This document shows, piece by piece, positions 8,775-16,043 of a stretch of 30,686 bases of DNA (positions are counted from its first letter, which is position 1; every line of letters begins with the position of its first letter). This DNA is from an uncultured Candidatus Bathyarchaeia archaeon. Lineage in GTDB: Archaea; Thermoproteota; Bathyarchaeia; TCS64. The notes under the pieces are model-generated. The model ran no database searches. It worked only from the letters and a program-made list of their open reading frames with translations, and was not told where the DNA came from. The stretch spans positions 1 through 30,686 of the forward strand of contig CAZIKD010000001.1 in NCBI GenBank assembly GCA_964539725.1. The letters run 5' to 3'. The translations under genes were made by a program, and so were the position numbers.

Positions 8775-9953
8775 TTGAAAGATACTTCATGTCTAGCTGG
8801 GTACGTCGAAGGCGAATCGGCGACGGATCTCCTTAGATCCATGATAATCGTCGCGAGCGTCAATCCCCCAGGGAGGGAAAGGGAATGTGCGGAGGTCGTC
8901 TACAAGAAGCTCGCGGGTCTCGGTCTCGAGGTCAACTACGTAGAGAGGGAGCCGGGGCGAACGAATGTCGTTGCGAGGCTCAAGGGGAGCAAGGGGACGC
9001 CTGTTCTTCTCTATAACGGTCATATCGACGTTGTACCCCCAGGCAATGGTTGGAGCCGTGACCCTTTCGGTGGCGAGATCGACAGGGGTAGGCTATACGG
9101 ACGAGGAACAGCGGACATGAAGTCGGGCGTAGCATCGATGATCGCCGCAGTCGAGGCCATCGTAAAGTCCGGGGCGAGGCTTAGGGGCGACCTCATACTG
9201 ACTGCGGTCGCCGACGAGGAGACGGGGAGTCTAAGGGGAACCCGCCACCTAATCGAGAATGGGCTTAAGGCGGATATGGCCGTCGTATCAGAGCCCACTG
9301 ATCTGAGGATCGAGATAGCGAACAAGGGAATACTCTGGGCTGAGATAAGCGCGCGCGGCAGGGGATCCCACGCCTCGAGGCCTCACCTGGGTATAAACGC
9401 CATCGACAAAATGCAGGCAATAATCGATGCACTCCACGGCATCAGGCTTGAGGGATGGAACGAACTTTTTGACGTCCCGCCGCCGGTCCTCAGCGTCACA
9501 ACAATACAGGGCGGTACAAAGATCAACGTGATACCCGACCTGTGCAAGATCGAGATCGACAGACGAATCCTCCCAGGTGAGACCCCAGAAGCCGCCCTAT
9601 GCCAGATCAAAACTGCAATCAACGGCTTAAAGGAGAGGGACTCTCAGTTAGAAACGGAGATCAAGGTGCTCGAGGAGTGGCCGCCGATGCAGGTCTCCCC
9701 AGAGGAGCCAATCGTCAAGAGCCTCGTCAGCGTAGTCGAGAAGGTGACTGGAGAGAAGCCTAAGTTATTCGGGAAGGCAGCCGGAACCGACGCCTCATGG
9801 CTCGTCCGCGACGCTCGGATACCCACGGTTCTTTATGGACCCGGCGACCCACGCCTCTCCCACACACCCGACGAGAACGTCGAACTCTTTAAGGTGACTG
9901 AGGCAGCGAGGGTCTTCGCTATCCTCGCGGGCGATATCCTGAGCCTAGAATAG
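8775..9953 (+). CDS. M20 metallohydrolase, ArgE/DapE family
   Basis: NGHIDVVP, RGTADMKSG, DEETG, SEPT, GRGSHAS and HTPDE. The start is moved to the TTG at 8775 because the 8613 start overlaps isf. Confidence 0.88.
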   Translation: MKDTSCLAGYVEGESATDLLRSMIIVASVNPPGRERECAEVVYKKLAGLGLEVNYVEREPGRTNVVARLKGSKGTPVLLYNGHIDVVPPGNGWSRDPFGGEIDRGRLYGRGTADMKSGVASMIAAVEAIVKSGARLRGDLILTAVADEETGSLRGTRHLIENGLKADMAVVSEPTDLRIEIANKGILWAEISARGRGSHASRPHLGINAIDKMQAIIDALHGIRLEGWNELFDVPPPVLSVTTIQGGTKINVIPDLCKIEIDRRILPGETPEAALCQIKTAINGLKERDSQLETEIKVLEEWPPMQVSPEEPIVKSLVSVVEKVTGEKPKLFGKAAGTDASWLVRDARIPTVLYGPGDPRLSHTPDENVELFKVTEAARVFAILAGDILSLE

Positions 9954-9990
9954 AAGCCGGCCTATCTGAGCCAACCCATATAATCCGGGG

Positions 9991-10407
9991 TCACTTCAAT
10001 CCGAGAAGCTTGGATAGGAGGCGGTGGTAGCTTGACTTTGTGTCGACTATCTTGACCTCCTTTACGCAAGCTTCGCAACCGGTCCGTGGCACTGTGATGT
10101 CGAGCCTCGCCATCGACACATCTTCGAGGTGGTCGAGTGGCTTGCAGAGGAGGCAGTAGTTGATCTCGCCGCTGAGTCTCTTGACCTTGAAGGACCTCAT
10201 TGCCTCACCGACTGACTCAAAGCTAAACCAGCCGCCACCCTCCTTCATCTCATTTACGCCCTTGCGATCTGTTTCCTTCGGGGCTATGTGGATGCACTCT
10301 CCCCTGTGCAGAATCGCTGTATGGGATGCGTTGTCGACTTCGAGCCAGAACATGCGGTGAGGAGTGGAGAGGTTATTAAAAAATGTAAGCTTAGAATCGG
10401 TACTCAA
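9991..10407 (-). CDS. Hypothetical protein with putative Zn-binding His/Cys motifs
   Basis: LHRGECIH, GGWFSFES..EA, CLLCKP and CEAC. Its TTG start overlaps the tktC stop (TTGA). Confidence 0.7.
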   Translation of the reverse strand: MSTDSKLTFFNNLSTPHRMFWLEVDNASHTAILHRGECIHIAPKETDRKGVNEMKEGGGWFSFESVGEAMRSFKVKRLSGEINYCLLCKPLDHLEDVSMARLDITVPRTGCEACVKEVKIVDTKSSYHRLLSKLLGLK

Positions 10408-11342
10408 AGACGCTTCTTTGTGACTAGCTCCGCGCTGGCCGCGATCTGGTCGGGGGTGAGGCCGAACTCTTTTAGGAAGCTATCTACGTTTCGGCTTGAG
10501 CCGCCATAGACATCGGGTACCCCAAGGCGGTGGATCGGGACCGGGTATTTTTCCGAGAGTACCTCGGCCACAGCCCCACCGAGACCACCGCAGATCGAGT
10601 GATCCTCGACCGTGACGACCGCCCCAGTTGCCCTAGCAGCGGCAACGAGAGTTTCTCCGTCGAGGGGCTTGACAGTGTGGACGTTGACGACCCTCGCGTT
10701 GATCTTCTTCTCCTTGAGGAGCGCCGCTGCCTTTAGGGAGGAGTCGACCATGGGCCCGAAAGCGGCTATCGTTAGGTCTGATCCATCTCTCATCGTCTCG
10801 GCTCTCCCCAACTTGAACTGGTAGCCCTTCTGAAGTATCGGCTCTTTGTCCCTGCGAAGACGTAAGTAGGTTGGCCTGCCTGCCTTCAGGGCGGCGTCGA
10901 GGGCGCTCTTCGTCTCCTCAGCGTCGACTGGAACAACGACCCGCATGTTGGGGATGACACGCATTAGGGCGACGTCCTGCAGGGCGAGGTGGGATGCGCC
11001 ATCAGCAGCAGCGGAGAGACCTCCATGACTGGCGACTAGGCAGACGCTGAGGTTGTCATGGGCGATAATATTCCTGATCTGGTCCCATGCACGCCCCGTG
11101 AGGAAGTAGGCGAAGCTGCTCGCGAATGCCTTCTTGCCACCGATGGCGAGCCCCGCTGCAACATCGATAAGGTTCTGCTCAGCGGCCCCCACGTCAAAGA
11201 ATCGGTCTGGGTAAGCCTTGCCAAAGAGGATCGTCTTCGTGGACTCCGCTAGGTCGGCGTCGACGACGACTATGTCCTTGTTTGTCTTTCCTGTCTCTAC
11301 GAGCCACTCACCGTAGGCGTCCCTTGTCGCTTTTACGCTCAT
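10404..11342 (-). CDS. Transketolase C-terminal subunit
   Basis: RDAYGE, DADLAESTK, FFDVGAAEQN, DGASHLALQD, YLRLRR and VTVEDH...GGLG. The real start is MSVKATR at 11342, just after the N-subunit stop. Confidence 0.93.
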   Translation of the reverse strand: MSVKATRDAYGEWLVETGKTNKDIVVVDADLAESTKTILFGKAYPDRFFDVGAAEQNLIDVAAGLAIGGKKAFASSFAYFLTGRAWDQIRNIIAHDNLSVCLVASHGGLSAAADGASHLALQDVALMRVIPNMRVVVPVDAEETKSALDAALKAGRPTYLRLRRDKEPILQKGYQFKLGRAETMRDGSDLTIAAFGPMVDSSLKAAALLKEKKINARVVNVHTVKPLDGETLVAAARATGAVVTVEDHSICGGLGGAVAEVLSEKYPVPIHRLGVPDVYGGSSRNVDSFLKEFGLTPDQIAASAELVTKKRL

Positions 11343-11343
11343 C

Positions 11344-12162
11344 TCAGCCCCCCTCCAACTCCTTGCAGGCGGTATCAAGCTCCACAAGGGTGCATGCCTT
11401 GCCGTGGAAGCCGACGACTCCCTCCATGAAGCTGACGCCCTTCCCCTTGACGGTGTTGGCAATTATAATGGTGGGCTTACCTGTCACATTCTTCGCCTCC
11501 TCGAAGGCGGCAAGCAGCTGAGAGTGGTCGTGACCATCGACGCAAATGACATGCCAGTTGAATGCGCGCCATTTGTCAGCCAATGGCTCTAGGGAGACGA
11601 CCTTCTCGGTGGGACCGTCAATTTGCAGGCCGTTCCTGTCGATGATGGCAGCGAGGTTGTCTAGCCTCCTGTGAGCAGCGAACATCGCAGCCTCCCAGAC
11701 GAGACCCTCGTCGCACTCCCCGTCGCCGAGGAGACAGTAGACGCGGCTGCTCTTCCCATCGAGCTTTAGAGCGCAAGCGATCCCAGTGGCGATGCTAAGC
11801 CCATTCCCGAGACTCCCACTACTCACCTCGACCCCCGGTGTACGTGTTGCATCAGGGTGACCCTGGAGCATCGAGCCGTGCTCCCGGAGGTGGTGGAGCT
11901 GCTCCTTTGGGAAGTAGCCCCTCTCGGCGAGAACCGTATATAGGGCGGGAGCCGCGTGCCCCTTGCTGAGTATGAATCTGTCCCTGTCGGACCAGAGGGG
12001 GTTCCTCGGGTCGTGTCTCAGAATCCGCCAGAAGAGGGTGATGAGGATATCCGTCGCACTAAGGCTGCCGCCTGGATGACCAGAGCCGGCCTCCGTCGTG
12101 GCGCGCAGGACGTCGGCGCGTATCCTTCTTGAGAGTCTAACGAGCTCCGTATCCGTGGTCAT
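11344..12162 (-). CDS. Transketolase N-terminal (TPP-binding) subunit
   Basis: SGHPGGSLS, SKGHAAPALY, LQGHP, GSLGNG, GDGECDEG..WEA..DRN and KGKGVSFME. Confidence 0.94.
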   Translation of the reverse strand: MTTDTELVRLSRRIRADVLRATTEAGSGHPGGSLSATDILITLFWRILRHDPRNPLWSDRDRFILSKGHAAPALYTVLAERGYFPKEQLHHLREHGSMLQGHPDATRTPGVEVSSGSLGNGLSIATGIACALKLDGKSSRVYCLLGDGECDEGLVWEAAMFAAHRRLDNLAAIIDRNGLQIDGPTEKVVSLEPLADKWRAFNWHVICVDGHDHSQLLAAFEEAKNVTGKPTIIIANTVKGKGVSFMEGVVGFHGKACTLVELDTACKELEGG

Positions 12163-12428
12163 TTATCCACCAGCCAGTGTTCACATTCAAGTCTTTGCTC
12201 ATGCCACCTAGATTTGGAGTGGATTCCAAATTGTGAACCACCTTCCCCTCGGTACTATTAAAGATGTATTGCCTCAATCACGTGTGGGTAACTGGAGTTC
12301 AATCTAGATTAGGAAACATGTTAAGCAGGAGAGGGCATCGTCACTGTGACCGATGGTTCACTTTTTGAGAAGTTGTCGGAAGTGAAAAGAAGGACATTAT
12401 TCTTCAATATTTTATCAGATATGACAAG

Positions 12429-12440
12429 TCGCGCGCGCGA
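12429..12440. repeat. Intergenic 12-bp palindrome TCGCGCGCGCGA
   Basis: Read directly. It lies about 30 nt downstream of the minus-strand stop at 12471. Confidence 0.9.
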
Positions 12441-12470
12441 ATCGTAGCGTGTGAGCATCGAAGCTTGATT

Positions 12471-12926
12471 TTACTTTTTTTGTTTGTTTAGAAGCTGATC
12501 AATTTTATTATCATCGTAGCTGAGGAGTCGACCAAAGCTTTGAGCAATGTCTTCCTCGACACCTTCTAGGGTCCCTGCTTTCTCATGTCTTTTCTTCAAC
12601 TCTTTTAGAGCCTGATATTCAGCAACTGTTTCTAGACTCTTTACGATGTGTATTACTACCTTACCTTGAGTATAGAGGGGGTCAAAGAGGCGCGTTGTCA
12701 GGAAGTCTCTGTCGACGTATAGATGAACACCGTATTCCTCGGAGAGTTTCTTTGTTGGCTCCCAGATAGCCTTGAACTGTTCTTCAGTAAGGGGTGAGCT
12801 GAGTGCGAGACGCTTACAACCCGAACCTACAACTTCGGCGAAGCCGCAATTGATCCCTAAAAGGTAACTATTTAGGTCGAAACTCTTCATCAATTTTGCG
12901 AACCGATGTTTCTCGTTACTACTCAT
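12471..12926 (-). CDS. Hypothetical protein (151 aa)
   Basis: Natural-looking ORF (SYLLG...FAE.V..GCKRLALS.P...FGRLLSY). The likely start is MSSNEK at 12926, about 20 nt after a TTTAAA box. The longer track start overlaps the next gene. Confidence 0.7.
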   Translation of the reverse strand: MSSNEKHRFAKLMKSFDLNSYLLGINCGFAEVVGSGCKRLALSSPLTEEQFKAIWEPTKKLSEEYGVHLYVDRDFLTTRLFDPLYTQGKVVIHIVKSLETVAEYQALKELKKRHEKAGTLEGVEEDIAQSFGRLLSYDDNKIDQLLNKQKK

Positions 12927-12947
12927 GTTCTGAGTATACTTTATTGG

Positions 12948-12982
12948 TTTAAAGTAGCTTCGTTGAGTCGCCCTACTTTTAA
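12948..12982. promoter_or_regulatory. Inverted repeat (candidate operator) in a divergent promoter
   Basis: TTTAAAGTAG-N15-CTACTTTTAA, with 9 of 10 positions complementary. Confidence 0.45.
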
Positions 12983-13030
12983 GAATTTGAAAAGAAAATT
13001 GAGATCTGAGAGTCGTATGACACCCAGCCG

Positions 13031-13037
13031 TTAAATA
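13031..13037 (+). promoter_or_regulatory. Putative TATA box for the amidohydrolase
   Basis: TTAAATA lies 34-28 nt upstream of the ATG at 13065. Confidence 0.5.
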
Positions 13038-13064
13038 GTGTATGTGTAAAAGACAAGGATCTAG

Positions 13065-14678
13065 ATGTATCCTGAGCTTCAAGCGGACCTCATCCTATTC
13101 AATGGTAAAATTATCACCGTAGACCGTGAGAACTCACTTGTTAAGGCTGTCGCGGTGAAAGATGGTAGGATCCTGAAGGTTGGCACAAATGCTCAAGTCA
13201 ATAGAATGGCGGGCATTGGCACAAAGAAGATAGATCTGGGCGGTAAAACTGTTGTCCCAGGGTTAATTGATAGCCACATGCACCCCGGGGGCAGTTGGGG
13301 GGCATATCTTATCCGAGGAGTAGCGTGCGGCCCAGATTTCAAAAAAATCGGTGAGATGCTTGATGCAGTGAAGAAAAAAGTTGCAGAGACGCCTCCAGGG
13401 AACTGGATACTCGGCTACCTTATGGACGACGTCAAGATGGGCAGATACCCCACCTTAAAGGAACTCAACGAGGCTTCACCTGAAAACCCGCTCTACCTCC
13501 AGAGGAGAGACGGCCATAATGGTACAGCTAACAGTCTGGCTCTGCAGAAAGCAGGGATAACAAGGGAGACACCCGACCCACCCCATGGCAAGATCGAGCG
13601 CGACGAGAAGGGAGAACCCACAGGTCTGCTTCGTGAGGCGGCGAAAGACCTCGTATACCACAAGTTGCCTCCATTCACGGAGGATGAGTTCTACCGTGGT
13701 CTTCAGGTTGTATACGATGAGTGCCTTCGCTTAGGCCTCACTAGCATACACGCAAGCATGGTTAGCCCAGCTGAGTTCAAGGCGATGCAGAGGCTAAAGC
13801 GTGAAGGTAGGCTCGGTGTGAGAACCGCAGTCCACATCAGTGGTAGGGACAAGGGTATGGTTGAAGGCGCCATAGCTATGGGTCTTCAGACTCCATTCGG
13901 CGACGAATGGCTCAAGATAACAGCTGCGGAGTGGGTCTTCGACACAAGTACAAGTGGGCGCACTGCAGCCTACTATAAACCCTACGTCGGTGAACCTGAG
14001 AACACTGGGATACTCCTATACGATCAGGAAGATATCACGAACAGGGTGAAAGCCACACATACAGCTGGAATCAGAGTTGGACTGGATGGAGTTGGTGACA
14101 GAGGAATAGATAGGGCACTCGACGCGATAGAGGCAGCTCTTAAGGAAGTTCCGAGAAAGGATCATCGCCACCGAATAGAACATTGCTGCGCGGTGACCCC
14201 ACACATCCAGAGGAGACTCAAGGATCTTGGTGTCATAGATGCGTCAGCGACTGGTTTTCTCCATGACTTAGGCGATGCTTATCTGAAGAACCGTGGGAGA
14301 GCTGAGATGAAGTATATGTGGCCTCACCGTAGCCTGATCGACCAAGGTATTCCCGCACCTGGCCACAGTGACGCTAGCATTTGTAGTGCAAACCCTTGGC
14401 TTGGGATATATAATCTAGTTACTCGTAAGACAAGCAGTGGTAAAGTACTCTACATTAAGGAGGGCATCAAACCAATAGAGGCTATTCGGGCATATACCAT
14501 TGATGGTGCATATGCTGCCTGGGAAGAGGATATTAAGGGCAGCATTGAACCGGGAAAACTCGCTGACCTCTGTGTACTAGATAGGGATCCTCTCAAAGTG
14601 TCAAGGGAAGAGTTGAAGGAGATCGAGACTCTGATTACTATAGTGGGTGGTAAGATTGTGTATGAAAAAATGCATTAA
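13065..14678 (+). CDS. Amidohydrolase 3 family (YtcJ-like) with variant metal site
   Basis: IDLGGKTVVPGLIDSHMH, RRDGH..ANS.AL, GEPTGLLRE, HRIEH, AYTIDGAYAA.EE..KGSIEPGKLAD and TIVGGKIV. Confidence 0.92.
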   Translation: MYPELQADLILFNGKIITVDRENSLVKAVAVKDGRILKVGTNAQVNRMAGIGTKKIDLGGKTVVPGLIDSHMHPGGSWGAYLIRGVACGPDFKKIGEMLDAVKKKVAETPPGNWILGYLMDDVKMGRYPTLKELNEASPENPLYLQRRDGHNGTANSLALQKAGITRETPDPPHGKIERDEKGEPTGLLREAAKDLVYHKLPPFTEDEFYRGLQVVYDECLRLGLTSIHASMVSPAEFKAMQRLKREGRLGVRTAVHISGRDKGMVEGAIAMGLQTPFGDEWLKITAAEWVFDTSTSGRTAAYYKPYVGEPENTGILLYDQEDITNRVKATHTAGIRVGLDGVGDRGIDRALDAIEAALKEVPRKDHRHRIEHCCAVTPHIQRRLKDLGVIDASATGFLHDLGDAYLKNRGRAEMKYMWPHRSLIDQGIPAPGHSDASICSANPWLGIYNLVTRKTSSGKVLYIKEGIKPIEAIRAYTIDGAYAAWEEDIKGSIEPGKLADLCVLDRDPLKVSREELKEIETLITIVGGKIVYEKMH

Positions 14679-14709
14679 TTTTAATCACACTGCGACGTGT
14701 CTTTTTCTA

Positions 14710-15102
14710 TCAAGTCTGTATACCTAGACAGTTTTCACCCTTTCCAACGCATCCGATGACGCAGTAGAACTCGCTTTCTCCAGTTGAGAGATTTTTAAAA
14801 CCATGCACCTCGTTTGCCGCGAAGTAGGCTACATCGCCTTCTTTCAGGATCTGATCGTTTGCGACGCCTAGGACCTGGATTTTTCCCCTCGTGACAGCGA
14901 TCTCCTGCTCCCATGGGTGTTTATGAGGGTTCATGTAGGCGTTAGGCTTGAAGGTGAAGTATCTGAGTGCGAAGTTGTGTAGATACTCATCTCCGCCAGT
15001 GCGCTTTTCGGTGATCCACCTTATGGATACTCCCTCGGAGTCTTGCCCGTAGGCTTCTTTGACGTCGAAGTCTTTGATTTCTTTCACGTGTTTTATTATC
15101 AT
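14710..15102 (-). CDS. Cupin domain protein (TM1459-like) with Cys-rich C-terminus
   Basis: PHKHPWEQE...G and GDVAYF..NEVHGF cupin motifs. The tail reads YCVIGCVGKGENC. Confidence 0.85.
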   Translation of the reverse strand: MIIKHVKEIKDFDVKEAYGQDSEGVSIRWITEKRTGGDEYLHNFALRYFTFKPNAYMNPHKHPWEQEIAVTRGKIQVLGVANDQILKEGDVAYFAANEVHGFKNLSTGESEFYCVIGCVGKGENCLGIQT

Positions 15103-15118
15103 ATTGCATCTACTCCAT

Positions 15119-15472
15119 CTAGATCGTTATTACAGTTTTTGATCTCGTGGCTATATCTAGGAAGGTAGCGTAGCCAATAAGGCTAAGTTTTTCCTCGAGG
15201 TTTTCAGTGCTTATTGCACGTTTCTTGGCAGCCTCCTCGCAGACATATGCTCCGAGATTTGGATCATTTGTGATTCTTTGGAATTTAGAATATATTTCTC
15301 CGCTTATCTTCTGGATGTTGCCTTTCTTTGCTAGAATCGCTGCGTCGGTGTAGAGGAAAATTGAGGTCTTCATGCCCATGGCTAGTGCTGTTTCAGCTAT
15401 GTATAGGAGGGATGAGAGTTTCCCATCCTCCTCCGGACCCCAGCCGTATACTAGCATCAATTCTTCGCTCAT
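15119..15472 (-). CDS. DsrE/DsrF-like family protein
   Basis: A.AMG..TSIFLYTDA..LAKKG, conserved YVCEEAAKKR Cys and C-terminal VITI. Confidence 0.85.
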   Translation of the reverse strand: MSEELMLVYGWGPEEDGKLSSLLYIAETALAMGMKTSIFLYTDAAILAKKGNIQKISGEIYSKFQRITNDPNLGAYVCEEAAKKRAISTENLEEKLSLIGYATFLDIATRSKTVITI

Positions 15473-15481
15473 TTTATCGCC

Positions 15482-15796
15482 TCAGCATCCCGAGGAGATG
15501 CACAGCATCTTGGGTAATCCAGCAAGTTTACAGATCACGCCCCTGGCTGTGCTGTTGCCTCTCTTGAATAACTCATCGATCTCTGATGCGTCTAGACTGA
15601 AATCATCTCTAATTGTTTTTAGTATGGGCAGCGTTTCCCATTTTTTGTAGTACTCTCTAAGGGAGACAATGATCTTTAACTGTTGATCAGTTAGGGTAAT
15701 GTCAAATTGTGTTTTAGCCATATTTCTTGATAGTTCCTCGGTCCAGAGATCAGGGTTTGTCAAAAAGCCCTCATCGTCTAATACTTCATTTCTCAT
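15482..15796 (-). CDS. TusE/DsrC-family sulfur relay protein, non-canonical C-terminus
   Basis: LDDEGFL.NPD.WTEE, LT..Q..II..LREYY and ICKLAGLPK. It ends MLCISSGC. Confidence 0.88.
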   Translation of the reverse strand: MRNEVLDDEGFLTNPDLWTEELSRNMAKTQFDITLTDQQLKIIVSLREYYKKWETLPILKTIRDDFSLDASEIDELFKRGNSTARGVICKLAGLPKMLCISSGC

Positions 15797-16043
15797 AATT
15801 CTGTAATGAGCCTTGAATTTAATAAAGGGTGCCTAAAGATAATATTTTCAAGAGGGAATAATAGACTTCATTTTTTAAACATAGACTCCCAGTTCTATTT
15901 GGGATAAATTGTCGGAGACTAACGAAGAATTCTATAAAATTTTCGAGTATCCAGTTAGGGAGTTGCTCTGAGCGGTGGGTTACTCCACTGGTGCTTTATC
16001 AAAGTTATAAGATTAAGATAGGATCTCTTTTCTGTGCTGTGAC

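Noticed and set aside
10404-11462. Frameshift fusion of the transketolase subunits, suggested by the overlapping long ORF
   Set aside because: A clean stop at 11344 and an ATG at 11342 give the normal two-gene archaeal layout, and the upstream extension is not protein-like.
12163-12470. TPP riboswitch upstream of transketolase
   Set aside because: I did not find the conserved CUGAGA and AACCUGA...AGGGA elements on the minus strand.
12927-13082. N-terminal 52 aa of the 203-aa track ORF
   Set aside because: It crosses the divergent promoter and overlaps the amidohydrolase start.
15955-15995. tRNA-like fragment (hairpin CGGTGG-GTTACT-CCACTG)
   Set aside because: It is a single hairpin with no T-loop GTTCRA, D-loop or acceptor stem.
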